Assembly: GCA_030390025.1 (NCBI GenBank)
Contig: CM059425.1
Coordinates: 175,772,001-175,836,000 of the forward strand
DNA from: Squalus acanthias
Lineage: Eukaryota
Reading direction: 5' to 3'
Length of the DNA: 64,000 nt
Part shown: positions 14,201-27,315 of the stretch, piece after piece
How the letters are laid out: every line of letters starts with the position of its first letter
How positions within the stretch are numbered: position 1 is the first letter of the stretch
Translations under genes and position numbers: made by a program
The notes under the pieces: model-generated
Seen by the model: the letters and a program-made list of their open reading frames with translations, nothing else
What the model was told of the DNA's origin: nothing
Database searches by the model: none

Positions 14201-14330
14201 TTGTTTTGAAGATCTGTTACGCATTCTGTATCCACCACTGTTTTTGGTGGAATATTCCACGTCTTAAACCTCTGCATAAAAATAAAATCTTGGGAATGTT
14301 CTCGAAGCAAAATGGCCTCTCAAAAGTCAG
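11275..14330. mobile_element. Highly degraded Harbinger (Myb-like remnant on +, transposase remnant on -), interrupted by 12070-13802
   Basis: MERARCRKAGFTDEVLEI-like start at 11277; YPLQIWLMTP-like motif on - near 13900. Confidence 0.45.
12070..13802 (+). mobile_element. Internally deleted Harbinger element
   Basis: Terminal ggccagaatttt...aaaataccagcc; Myb/SANT exon RAAPRFSD...RRTWLQCRKHFNDL; transposase 5' remnant on -. Confidence 0.8.
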
Positions 14331-16349
14331 AAAATGTTGGTTTAAGCTCAGTCTTACATCTCAATCACAAAGAGCTGCTTGTGTGGAACTTTCATCACTA
14401 AAATGTAAGAGCTGAATATTTTTTTTTAAATAGGATGTAGAATTGTTAATTTCCAATAAGAGAACCAGTTATTTGCCCTCTTCCTTCTGCTTTGCAGCTC
14501 AGCAGAAAGTTAGTACAGTAATGCAAACCTGCCTAAAGTGTTACCTCTAACCATTAGAGAGTAGCCTCTTTTTGGGGGTACTGGGCAATGTTCTATTTTG
14601 TATCTGTGCAAATCCTGCTGCAGGAGGTCAAGGAGGGATCGTTCTTTTCTGTACGAAGCTTTTCATTGTGCTTGGGCCTCCTATATAAAGTCAAATTGAT
14701 AACCACTAAAATCAAGTTTGCATTTCTTGCCAGGAGCTAAACAAAAACAGAAAATGCTGGACACCCCCAGTAGGTTTCCTAGTCTCTGTGGAGAGAACAG
14801 AGAAGCTGACAAGTTGGGTGCGGACCCTTTGTCAAAACCCAGCACTTTCTGGTTTTGTTTCAGATTTCCAGCATCTACAGTTTTTTGCTTTTAAATGCAG
14901 TTTCTTTCATTAGCAGTTAACTTACACCTTCATCCAGAATAGATTTGCACTGTGCTACAGAAATTATTTTTGGAAAATATGAAAATAGGGTCTATAGTTT
15001 TTTAAATGTTCAAGTAATTTCATAATTCTCTGTGAAATAAAATCATTCCTGTAGTGTATTGCATTAATCCTATATTCTTGATTTCACTGACTTTAAGTGG
15101 ATGAGATTTTCGACAGCTGCGTGGCACAAAGAACAATTGAAGCACTTTGCTGCTATTTTATCTTTATGCAGTAGCAATGTGATGAGGGCTTCCTTTTAGT
15201 GTTGTATTGTAATTCCCAAGTGACCCCACCACCAAAAAGCTAAGAAAACTCAGCATGTGTACAACACATTAACCCTTAACTAAACACATTAATATCTGTT
15301 GTAGAAGGCGATGAACTATTGTCAAGGGGAACAACATTTACTGGTGGGGCTATGAATTACTAATCATTAATCAACAGTTTAGATGTTAATGGTTTAGAAG
15401 TTAACTATTTCATACATTTTCATCTCAAATGAATGGTGTAATTAATTTATCACTAAGTGCCTCTCTTCACAAGCCTCAACTTCATGACTGCTATCCTCAG
15501 CAAAATCATGTTATGGTTGAGCCATATCTTCCTCCAACTAAACATTGGCAAGACCAAAGCCATCCTGTCAGAAACTCCATCCCTATCACTGATTCAATTT
15601 TCTCTCCAGCTGCATGTTCAGGCTAAACCAGATAGTGTGTCTTGATCAAACCTGAGAAGTCGCACAACACCAGGTTATAGTCCAACAGATTTATTTAATT
15701 TTACAAGCTTTCGGAGCAGTTCGCTCCTTCGTCAAGTAAGTTAGCAGTGAGAGAATCTCCCAGGATTCACAATTTAAACACAGACAAAATCTATTCACAT
15801 CTTTCCCTACATCAAAGAGCACAGCCAAGACAATGAGATGTGTCCCAGGGTGTCCAACGTGTCAAACCACCTGCTGGCTGCATATCCTGTCAATTTTGTG
15901 TAGGTTCTTGTGTTAGTCTTTTTAAAAAAAAACACCTGGGAAGACCGGCCATGATGTCAAGTCACGTTCTGTATCGTGACATGAACCCGATATCGCGATT
16001 GAGGCCATCCTCATGAGTGCGGAACTTGGCTATCAGTTTCTGCTCTATGATTTTGCGCTGTCGTGTATCTCGAAGGCCGCCTTGGAGAACGCTTACCCGC
16101 AGATCCGAGGCTGAATGCCCCTGGCTGCTGAAGTGTTCCCCGACTGGGAGGCAACCCTCCTGCCTGGCGATTGTTGCGCGGTGTCCGTTCATACGTTGTC
16201 TCAGTGTCTGCATGATCTCGCCGATGTATCATGCTCTGGAGCATCCTTTACTGCAACGTATCAGGTAGACAACGTTGGCCGAGTCACATGAGTATGTACC
16301 GTGTACCTGGTGGGTAGTGTCCTCACGTGTGATGATGGTATCTGTGTCC

Positions 16350-17836
16350 AGGGCATCCTGAAACCCATCGTACAGGGAACCCCCAGCTTCTGTCGCGACA
16401 CTACAGACTTCTTGCAGAAACTCAGCACCCATGGACCAGTTGAACCAGGAACACTCCTCGTCACAATGGACGTATCGGCACTCTACACCAATATCCCCCA
16501 CAATGACGGCATCGCTGCGACAGCCTCAGTACTCAACACCAACAACAGCCAATCTCCGGACGCCATCCTACAACTCATCCGCTTCATCCTTGACCACAAT
16601 GTCTTCACCTTCAACAACCATTTTTTTACCCAAACACACGGAACAGCCATGGGGACCAAATTCGCACCCCAATACGCCAACATCTTCATGCACAAGTTCG
16701 AGCAAGACTTCTTCGCTGCACAGGACCTCCAACCAACGCTGTACACCAGATACATCGACGACATCTTCTTCCTTTGGACCCACGGCGAAGGATCACTGAA
16801 AGGACTACACGATAGCATCAACAGGTTCCATCCCACCATCAAACTCACCATGGACTACTCCTCAGAATCGGTTTCATTCTTGGACACACGAATCTCCATC
16901 AAAGACGGACGCCTCAGCACTTCACTCTACCGCAAGCCCACGGACAACCTCACGATGCTCCACTTCTCCAGCTTCCACCCTAACCACGTTAAAGAAGCCA
17001 TCTCCTATGGACAAGCCCTGCGAATACACAGGATCTGCTCAGACGAGGAGGAACGCGATGGACACCTACGGACACTGAAAGACGCCCTCATAAGAACGGG
17101 ATATGACGCTCGACTCGTCAATCGACAGTTCCGATGGGCCACAGCGAAAAACCGCATAGACCTCCTCAGAAGACGAACACGGGACACAACCAACAGAGTA
17201 CCCTACGTCGTCCAGTACTTCCCTGGAGCGGAAAAACTACGCCATGTTCTTCGCAGCCTTCAACATGTCATCGATGACGACGAACACCTTGCTAAGGCCA
17301 TCCCCACGCCTCCACTACTCGCCTTCAAGCAGCCGCCTAACCTCAAAAGTACCATCGTTTGCAGCAGATTACCCATCTTTCAGGAGAACAGCAACCAAGA
17401 CACCACACAACCCTGCCACGGCAACCTCTGCAAGACATGCCAAATCATGGACACAGATACCATCATCACACGTGAGGACACTACCCACCAGGTACACGGT
17501 ACATACTCATGTGACTCGGCCAACGTTGTCTACCTGATACGTTGCAGTAAAGGATGCTCCAGAGCATGATACATCGGCGAGACCATGCAGACACTGAGAC
17601 AACGTATGAACGGACACCGCGCAACAATTGCCAGGCAGGAGGGTTGCCTCCCAGTCGTGGAACACTTCAGCAGCCAGGGGCATTCAGCCTCGGATCTGCG
17701 GGTAAGCGTTCTCCAAGGCGGCCTTCGAGATACACGACAGCGCAAAATCATAGAGCAGAAACTGATAGCCAAGTTCCGCACTCATGAGGATGGCCTCAAT
17801 CGCGATATCAGGTTCATGTCACGATACAGAACGTGA
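16350..17836 (+). pseudogene. Penelope RT + GIY-YIG endonuclease with one in-frame TGA
   Basis: LVTMDVSALYTNIP, GTAMGTKFAP, RYIDDIF, VVYLIRC...*YIGETMQTLRQRMNGHR. Confidence 0.93.
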
Positions 17837-18057
17837 CTTGACATCATGGCCGGTCTTCCCAGGTGTTTTTTTTTAAAAAGACTAACACAAGAACCTACAC
17901 AAATTGACAGGATATGCAGCCAGCAGGTGGTTTGACACGTTGGACACCCTGGGACACATCTCATTGTCTTGGCTGTGCTCTTTGATGTAGGGAAAGATGT
18001 GAATAGATTTTGTCTGTGTTTAAATTGTGAATCCTGGGAGATTCTCTCACTGCTAAC

Positions 18058-18096
18058 TTACTTGACGAAGGAGCGAACTGCTCCGAAAGCTTGTAA
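18058..18096 (+). ncRNA. Minimal hammerhead-like motif in the Penelope pLTR (antisense copy at ~15702-15740)
   Basis: ttac-TTGACGA-a-ggagc(gaact)gctcc-GAA-AGCT-t-gtaa; first core base is T instead of C. Confidence 0.6.
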
Positions 18097-18194
18097 AATT
18101 AAATAAATCTGTTGGACTATAACCTGGTGTTGTGCGACTTCTCATTTTTGTCCACCCCAGTCCAACGCCGGCATCTCCACATCTTGATCAAACC

Positions 18195-18850
18195 TGATCT
18201 GGTCCTTAAACCCCCACATCCAGTCCACCAGCAAGACCATCTACTTTCCAGCTCTGCAATATTGCCTACTTCTGTCTCCTCTGCATCCTACTACCAAAAT
18301 CCCATATCCATGCATTATCATCTCCAGGTTTGATTTCTCCAGCACTCTCTTTGTCAGCCTTCTGAATTCCATCCTACACCAATCCCTGCACAAGCTCTAA
18401 CCCATCCATAACTCTGCTGCCCGCATTCTATCATGTATAAAGTTCCACTCATCGATCACCGCCATTCACATTGTCTCCCATTGCTCTGTGCATTAAATTT
18501 TAAATTCTTGTCCTCTTCAATAAATCTCTCCATGATCTCACTCCTTCCTATTTCAGCCATTTATTCCAGCCTTACATTCCAGCTCACACCCACCACTCTT
18601 CTGAGTCTGGACTACTGTGCATCTCCCTTCACTCTGTTCCATCATTGGTGATCAGGCTTTCAGCTATTATGGCCCTGCACTCTGAAATTCTGTCCCTAAA
18701 ACCTTCACTTTGCTTTCTCCTCCCACATTCAAAAGCCTCCTCACAACCGATACCTCCCACCTTGCTGTCAATCACTTCCACTAACTGTCCTCTCAGTTCC
18801 TGCCCAGTGTGCAACTTTCCCTCTTTCTTGTGAAGCACATTTGGACATTA
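18195..18850 (+). mobile_element. Old L2 LINE 3' region (continues 15490-15652; target of the Penelope)
   Basis: Degenerate similarity to the L2 3' region at 4240-4980. Confidence 0.6.
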
Positions 18851-18851
18851 T

Positions 18852-20463
18852 GGGGGGAATTTTTTGGGGGGTCAGTGGGTGCATTCAGTGGCAGGTCAGG
18901 TGGGGAAAACATTTTTTCACAGCGGGTCAGGACTCCGCTGTCAACACGCTGCCACACGCCTTTCCCAGATGTTGGGTCAGTCAGCGCTGAATAGACCCGA
19001 CGGGAGTTGTATGACCATGGAATCATCTCATTACTTGACAGCTGCAAATGTGCTATAAAAGCTCCCATTTCACAACTGTTCACCTTCCAAGCTCAGATCG
19101 AGCTTTATGCAGGTTGTAAGTGTTGGAGTAAACTCTCTATCCTGTGTCACCTCATTGGAACAACCTCTCTCACCATTGACAGATCACTTCTGTCATCTCA
19201 AGTTCACCTGCCATCTGTTACATCAGCATTGGTGCCCTTGAAACTATCTCACCTTGGTCCTCAGAATCCCACCACGATCAGCCCCAACACCAGCAGCACC
19301 AGGCATACCAGCAGCACCAACAACAACACCAACCTTCTCCGCAATCAACTGATGCTGCACAGGACACAGGGCATCAGCACCCGACCACATTGCTGTCTGG
19401 GAAGCCAGGGTTGGCCTCACCATGGCCAGATTTACTTCACTTGACACTGTACACCCTGGCTGCCACATGATGCGCCAGGTTGGCACCACCTCACACCAAC
19501 ATCATAAAGCATCTCTACAATGACAAAGCCATTCTTTAACACTTTAACTTCATTGTGGGGGGTACCGTTATGTCTCACCATTCACTGCAACTCACTAAGT
19601 CACTTCCAAAGGTGCACACAAATCTGTCCAAGAACGCAAAGTGTTGGAAATAGGTTTCAAGGTTTGACACCACATTAACAGAAACTTTACATGGACATTG
19701 CATAAAACACCCAAGTGCCTACCCTTGTGTGTTGTTAGTTGGTATGATTGGACTAGGATGAGGTTGAGTGTGAGGGGTGGCTAGTGAGATGGGGATGTGA
19801 TAATATAGACAGAGAGGGATGGGTGGAGGTGCAAGGTAAGTTGGTGTGAGTAAGGATGTGCAGGAGTAGGGTAGGGAAGGCAGAGTGATGGGGATGTGAT
19901 GAGTGGCACAGCAGGATAAGGTTGAGTGTGGCTTGGCAGTAACGTTTCGTGATATACTGAGATCATTGAAAGGTTTGCGCCACTGCAGCCTGGTCCTCCT
20001 GACGACTTCCCTGCTTGTGTCCTCCAGTGCAATGTGCAACCAGGCTGTGTTGATCTCCTGGGGAGGTCTCTTCCGCCCATGGGAAGGGAAGAGAACCTCC
20101 CTGCGTGCTGTGACTCCCTCCATAAGCATATGGAGGGAGTCATGGGAGAGCCTGGGTGCAGCCGTGCACCTCTGTGCAGTGCTTGTCAGTGTTTGCAGCA
20201 CCTCAGTGCTGTAGAACACTGACAGCACAAATGTCAAAATCAATTTGGTCATGGTCCATTTAAGGAAACCGGCTGATGACGTGTCATCAAATGACGTCAC
20301 CAGACCCGCTTCCTTCAATTGGCCGGCAAATGCTCTGGGCGGGCTTAACAAACCCAATCAGAGGAAAATCATTTTGGACAGCGGGCTGGAGCCAGCAGCG
20401 AGGTCGGGACCCGCCACCGACGTCGCCCGCCACGGACCCACCGAAGTAGGGGAAATCGCAGCT
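18852..20463 (-). mobile_element. Internally deleted Harbinger, relative of 12070-13802 in opposite orientation
   Basis: Myb/SANT exon AAPRLSHDSLHMLMEG...RRTRLQWRKPFNDL on -; segments shared with 12070-13802. Confidence 0.8.
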
Positions 20464-20754
20464 TGAATTATTTTAAAAGCTCTATAAAACTGTAACTTAA
20501 TTTATCTCTTCATAAATTCAGTACATGAAGTTTTATAATTTATTGTTAGATCAATTACAAATTATAAGTAGCTAGTGTTGAATAATTTGTGTTAGGACTT
20601 CTAAATACACTTACTGTTGGGAATCAACCAGCTCAATAGTTTCAGGTACATTCCAATTAAAAAAACAACTATTTGCACTCAGTAGTTTATTTTAGTATTT
20701 GATAGCTTTTGGATTATACCCTCTGGCTTGTCAATAACAGCATGGTCCTTTTTA

Positions 20755-21510
20755 GGAACATAGGAACAGGGGTAGGCCATTCAGCCTCTTGAGCCTGTTC
20801 CACCATTGAATTAGATCATGGCTGATCTGTATCTTAACTCCATCTACCCGTCTTGGTTCCATAACCCTTAATACCCTTGCCTAACAAAAATCTATCAATC
20901 TCAGTTTTGAAAATTTCAATTGACCGAGCCTCAACAGCTTTTTGAGGGAGAGAGTTCCAGATTTCCACTATCCTTTGTGTGAAGCAGTGCTTTCTGACAT
21001 CACCCCTGAACGGCCTAGCTCTAATTTTAAGATTATGCCCCCTTGTTCTGGACTCCTCCACCAGAGGAAATAGTTTCTCTGTATCTACCCTATCAACTCC
21101 TTTAGTCATCTTAAACACATCAATTATATCCCCCCTTAATCTTCTATACTCAAGGTAATACAAGCCTAGTCTATGAAATCTGTCCTCATAATTTAACCCT
21201 TTTAGCCCCAGTAGCATTCTGGTGAATCTGCGGTGCATCCCCTCCAAGGCAATTATTTCCTTTCTGAGGTGCAGTGCCCAGAACTGAATGCAGTATCCCA
21301 GAGCTCTGTACAGCTGTAATATAACTTTCACCCCTTGAGATAACGGCCAACATTCCATTAGTCCTTTAATTATTTTTGTCCCTGTTCATTAGCTTTTAGT
21401 GATTTCTGTATTTGTACCTCTAAATCTCCCTGCTCATCCACAGGTCCTAGCTTCTCACCATTTAGCAAATACTCGGATCTATCTTTCTTAGGTCCAAAGT
21501 GGATGACCTA
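20755..21510 (-). mobile_element. CR1 LINE 3' fragment
   Basis: LYRALGYCIQFW...RRLRGDIIDVFK...WNSLPQKAV plus CR1 3' UTR and tail. Confidence 0.9.
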
Positions 21511-22227
21511 AAAAGCAGTAAGTGATTATTAGTCTCAGTAATAGCGCTGTTTGTGGAACTCTAGTCCCTTATATTTAATGAATACAAACTGGCATATTTC
21601 TGTGTAGCATTGGTTCCGTCTCCCAATCACACAGTGTAATTTCAACCTCTAACCTTGCTTGGATGATCGACAGCAATGTCATTGGAGCACATATGCTTCA
21701 ACTTACATTTATTACTTGCTGGAGGTTGCAGTCTGAACAGTAACAGTACTAAGAGCCTCTTACTGAAAATTAGAATTGTCTGCAAATGCTTGCACAGAGG
21801 TTTCAGCATTTTTATGCCACTTTTGTTATTTTAGTGCAGTGAACAACATAACACAATCTGGGTAAATAAAACTTTAGTTGCAGTAAATCTGCACTGAAAT
21901 GAAAGATCAATTGTTACTTTTGTGAAAATGTGCACATATATTTGTAGGTAAGATATTCCACTATTTATTAAAATCAAGGATAATCTACTTCCATAGTTAT
22001 ATATTCAAATTATGGTTTTAATATCTGTTAATGCCTTTGGCCCATTTCACCTTCTTCATGAGATGAATGATGGAAGATGCACCTGTGAGGTAGTTGTCCT
22101 TTTACTAATAAAAGGCTATTGTTATCTAAAACATAGCTGCATATTATAGATTGGGTAGCAGCACTGAAAGTTTGGATCATCAACTAAACGATCCACATTT
22201 GGGTCCCGGTTTTGAATGGCACTCATA

Positions 22228-23046
22228 CACTGCTCATGTGGTACTGTCCTCTCCAACGCATCAATAGGTGAACGCACTGCTCATGTGGTACTGTCCTCTC
22301 CAACGCATCAATAGGTAAACACACTGCTCATGTGGTACTGTCCTCTCCAACGTATCAATAGGTGAACGCACTGCTCATGTGGTACTGTCCTCTCCAACGC
22401 ATCAACAGTTGAACGCACTGCTCATGTGGTACTGTCCTCTCCAACGCATCAATAGTTGAACGCACTGCTCATGTGGTACTGTCCTCTCCAACGCATCAAT
22501 AGATGAACGCACTGCTCATGTGGTACTGTCCTCTCCAACGTATCAATAGTTGAACGCACTGCTCATGTGGTACTGTCCTCTCCAACGCATCAATAGGTGA
22601 ACGCACTGCTCATGTGGTACTGTCCTCACCAACGCATCAATAGGTAAACACACTGCTCATGTGGTACTGTCCTCTCCAACACATCAATAGGTGAACGCAC
22701 TGCTCTTGTGGTACTGTCCTCTCCAACACTTCAATAGGTGAACGCACTGCTCTTGTGGTACTGTCCTCTCCAACACATCAATAGGTGAACGCACTGCTCT
22801 TGTGGTACTGTCCTCTCCAACACTTCAATAGGTGAACGCACTGCTCATGTGGTACTGTCCTCTCCAACGCATCAATAGGTGAACGCACTGCTCTTGTGGT
22901 ACTCTCCTCTCCAACGTATCAATAGTTGAACGCACTGCTCTTGTGGTACTCTCCTCTCCAACGTATCAATAGTTGAACGCACTGCTCATGTGGTACTGTC
23001 CTCTCCAAAGCAACAATAGTTGAACGCACTGCTCATGTGGCACTGT
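22228..23046. repeat. Minisatellite, 47-bp unit, about 17.4 copies
   Basis: Unit cactgctcatgtggtactgtcctctccaacgcatcaataggtgaacg, head-to-tail with few substitutions. Confidence 0.97.
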
Positions 23047-23489
23047 GCCTTGCAGAGCAGGAAGGTTAAGGGTTAAATCGCTGATCTGTACGGAGTTACC
23101 TGATCTCAGCCAAGGCAGTAGTAGGGACATTACAGTTGGTCACAATATCTTGGTCTAAGACACTGAGTTCCTGCTGTTGATCACTATCAGCAAACTGGTG
23201 ATGAACCATACACATGTGTGACTCTCAGATGAGGACAGAATCTTGCTTGACTCTGATCATTCCCAATGGTCAAACAGCCTTCCAAAATTCATTGGCCAGA
23301 CGCACAGCAAATTGGACCATTTAGGTGAGCTGGCTATATTCATGATGTGAATCCTAATCTTTAGGAGAGGAGGGGAGGAAACTGCTGGGTGAAAAAATAG
23401 TTCATGGGATTTTACATACCACAGCTACAATGTTTTTGTGATATTAACTATGCTAAGCCCTACTCCACCATGATCTACAGCAATTGATA

Positions 23490-24612
23490 GAGGGGAAATC
23501 TTGGGGTCAACATTCATGTGGGCTGGACGACTGATCCACACACTCGATGATGTCAGCGGGAGGCCTGATCAATTTTCTTGATGGGCCATCATTCAAATAT
23601 GAGTGGTGACCTGCCCGCACTAACCCCACTGCTTGTAGGCAGCTGGCTGTTTGGGAGGGCAGGAAATCCATCGGGCCTGCTGCTTCTTAAAGCCAGCTTG
23701 TACCTCTTAAAGGGGAGGTTGCTTTTTTAGTGCTGGTGTGACAAAACTGCATGTCTGAAGTAGCAGACACGATATCGATGGCCAGGGCACCCTAATTTTC
23801 AGATAGAGGTGTTTATTAAACAAGTCTGGGCCAGGGAGGAGGACCTGGTTACCTCAGATGGCAGACGAGTGCCATGCCAAATAAGTCAGCATGCGTAGAG
23901 AGAGGTGGGTGGCCAAGTCAATCTCAACAGCATCATTCCCAGGATCGGGCTGCAGTGCTGCAAAAAAATGAAAGACCTTACCAGGACTGCCAAGGTAAGA
24001 CTCCTCTTCACAAGTCTCTTACTCTGAATACATCCCTGCAACACCACACTTTTCCCCAGCACTACCAATCCTTCCCTCCCCCACTGCACAAGCACAAGCA
24101 CAAGTCCAAGAGGGAGGATGGCAAACGGGAGTGGGGACGAGCACAGGCTGGCAGCAGACTGCAATATTAATTAATGTGAAGGCAAGAGGAGCACTCCCGC
24201 TCCTCCTGACTCCACATTAAGGTAAGTTAAAAACACTTAACTGCCGGTTTCTTCGGTAGCCTCCAGTGGTCCCTTCACAACCTGACTAGGATATAGACAC
24301 ATAAGCAGGACTGCCTGGATCTGCAGCCCATAGAGGAAGATGGCCAGCAAAAACACGAGCATAACCTAAGGAGAGCTCTCCAGAATCCTCCGCACCTGCT
24401 CCTTCCAATAGGGTATCACGTAGGAATATAACAAGAGAATGACCATGGCACGCTAGATACAAAACAGAAGAGAATAGCACAGCAGGGAATCACAAATTTG
24501 TCTGTAATTTCCCCAGGGTTCACTGGCCACTTACACCATTTCTCCAGGGTTTCTGCCAATCTTCCACCAAAGTTATGGCGGGTGATCAGGAGAATTCTGC
24601 AGAAATTCAGGA
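23490..24612 (+). mobile_element. Degenerate Harbinger derivative
   Basis: Myb exon remnant (RAP*FSD; LQCCKKMKDLTRTAK followed by gtaag) and Harbinger-like subterminal motifs. Confidence 0.5.
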
Positions 24613-25291
24613 CTATTATTCATATCATAAGATCAGAAGATAGTTACAAATGAGGAAGGACATTCGGCCCATCTTAATTCAACAATCTAAAATAACCCTG
24701 AAGCGTGTCCATTTCAGCATCTATTTGTATCATAAATGTTTTCAGGGATTTCACCTCCACTACCCTATCTGGCAGTCCATTCCAAGTGGTGATCATTCTA
24801 TGTGTAAAGCAGAATTTATATTCGTCCTAAAATTACCTTTTACTAGTTTGAACCTGTGTGCCTATCCTAGTCTCACAAATTAAGTTAAAGTAATATTTTG
24901 GATTTATCTTTTCCATACCCTTAACTATTTTTGTATACATCTTTCAGATCACCTCTGAAAGGGTTGTTTCCTCAGTCTCTTCTCATAATTCAGATGTTTA
25001 ACACTAGGGATCAGTCTTGAGGCTTTTATCTGCACTACCTCCACTGCCTCCTTGTTTCTCGGTGACCAAAACTGGACACAGGGCTCAAGTTGGCCCAGAA
25101 ATTCTGCTGGGGCCACTTGCTGGAGCAAATGTGATGTAGCGGAACCCCTATCAGGACCAGCACAAAGCTGCCTACCCAACCCTAACTTGCAGGAACGCAG
25201 ACTTTTGCATTGTGGGAGGGTCGCTGGGGAATACAAAGGGACTTCAGCGGCACCCGTCTCACCCATCCTTGTAAGGCAGAGCAGCCCACAG

Positions 25292-25443
25292 CAATGTTCC
25301 CTTTAAGTTGCGTGGCCACCCGGCCGTGCAGCTGTCTGCAGCTCTCGTGCAGCCGGCTCACCAGCTTTTAAATGCAAAATCTGTGCATGCGCGGATTTTT
25401 GAATGGGCCATGCAGCCCAGAAAAAATATTAGAGGGAACATTG
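25292..25443. mobile_element. 152-bp hAT-like MITE nested in a Harbinger-like MITE (~25092-25813) within an old CR1
   Basis: TIR caatgttccctttaa / ttagagggaacattg; 8-bp flanks gcccacag / gccaacgg (6/8 match). Confidence 0.7.
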
Positions 25444-26506
25444 GCCAACGGCCACTCTGCCTAAGGTTCCCTGAGCTCCATTGGGACCAAAGAAAATGAG
25501 TTCTGAAGGGAGACATTCTACCTCTTCTGAAAGGTAATCCATTCCCACCAAGGTTGATTACTTTTCCCTTCTAAAGGTTTGGGCATTTCAAAAGGTCTCA
25601 GTAGGAATCCCATTCTCTACAGAGGCCTTATAAGGGCGTACTAGGCAGAATTCCCAGAATATCCTGGGAACTCACTCCCCCAAATAAAACACTCCCTTGA
25701 TGTGGGGGCATAGGCGGAGGATTTGCTACGGCCTCTTCCGCTAGATGATGGCTGCCTACAAAAAAATGGGGTGGATTCCTGAGGGAACCGGGTTCTGCCC
25801 AAAATTCTGGCTGCCATTGGCTGATCCACTCATCTCTTTGCCTTAATCCAGGCTAGAGTTTCAACCCCAAAGTGTGGTCTGACCTGAGCATTGTACCTTT
25901 TGGTCATGACTTCTTCTGATCTGTAGTCTACTCTTTTGGTATATAATTCAACATTCCATTGACTTTGTTCATCGCTGCTCTGCTTTGGTTGAACATGTTT
26001 AGAGTTAAGTCTGTTAAGACTCCTAGGTCGCTTTCAAATTGATCCTTAGCTATTTCGCATCTTTTATGGTTTTTGTCTTACCCCTGACTGCCCTCTTCCT
26101 ATTGCAGTATTGACATTTTTTTTAACTGTTATGTTTTGACTCTGCAGCTTTGCTTTTCTCTCTGCCTCTCTGATCATCCTTTTAATATGTTTCTGCATTC
26201 CTATATTCATTCCAGTGAATCCTTTTCACTTTCTCCTTGTAGAATTTACAGAAGTCACTTTTCCTCCTTATTTCATGTAGAATTTACAGAGGTCACTTTT
26301 CCTCCTTATTTCATTTACAATTTATTTCTTAATGCATTTAGGGTCATTTCTGTTACTCTGAACTTTCTGGTTCTTGGTATGTATTTACCCTGTGTGCGAA
26401 AGACTGGTATTTAGAGATTCTTGGTAGATGGGAATCATATATGTATAAATTCAAGTGTAGCCATTGACCAACTAATCTTACCCATGATTCCCTCTGGGTA
26501 TGGAAA

Positions 26507-27315
26507 TGTTAAAGACTGTTTGAATGTAGCCGTGAGGTCAGTCAAAAGCAGTTTTGACTAAGCTCTGATAACAAACAGCCACAGGCTGCGAGTGAAGGTT
26601 AAATTGTTAAATAACATATTACAATGCTAAGTAGGAATTAGAGTTCACTTAACAAAACTAATTGCAAAGATATTTGAATGATAATTAGTATAAGGAACAT
26701 AAAATGAGAGAGATCATGGGAGTTAAGGTATCCATCTGGTAGATTAAAGTGAGATAGTCTGGACACTGTCAAGACTAGTGAAACAGCGCTGACATGGGCT
26801 GGGCCCTTGGTATAGAAAGGTCTTGTACTGCTTGAAGCTAGAAATAAGAGAGATAAGGTAAATTCCAATGAGGTGAAGAACATATCAACAACATAACGAT
26901 GAAACAGAGTAGAGTTGTTGGAAAATTACTGAGCCAGGAGGAGTCAAGATGCTACCCTTAATTTGAGTGACAATGGTATTTTAACCATTAGAACCAATTA
27001 AAAAAGGTGATTTTGCTAAAGACCATATATGGACACTGACCAAACAAACTTTTGATTAGAAATGGGTTAAAACCTTGATACTTGAAAAACAACTTTACAC
27101 AGACCTACTGCGAGAACAAAGGAACAGACTGAAGACGACGTCACCTGTGTCCGAGAGGTTCCAGAGATCAAGGGCTGCGAGCTACTCGTTGAACTATCAC
27201 CTGTTGTTAAGTATATTAACTTAATAAATCTTGATCTATTGCTCAAACATACCGGCTGCTGCCTATTGGTGTCTTGTCCAAGAACTCTGAGAGATCGTTA
27301 AGATCCTAAACCTGC
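26507..27315 (+). mobile_element. Possible solo LTR
   Basis: TG start, aataaa near the 3' end, LTR-like composition; ends and TSD not resolved. Confidence 0.35.

Larger units (their letters stand above)
15653..18181 (+). mobile_element. Penelope-like retroelement, 5'-truncated, with inverted pLTR
   Basis: TSD tcttgatcaaacc (15640-15652 / 18182-18194); 15653-16349 is the reverse complement of ~17450-18144. Confidence 0.95.

Noticed and set aside
22228..23046. CRISPR-like array
   Set aside because: Units are contiguous with no unique spacers, no cas genes, and the context is eukaryotic.
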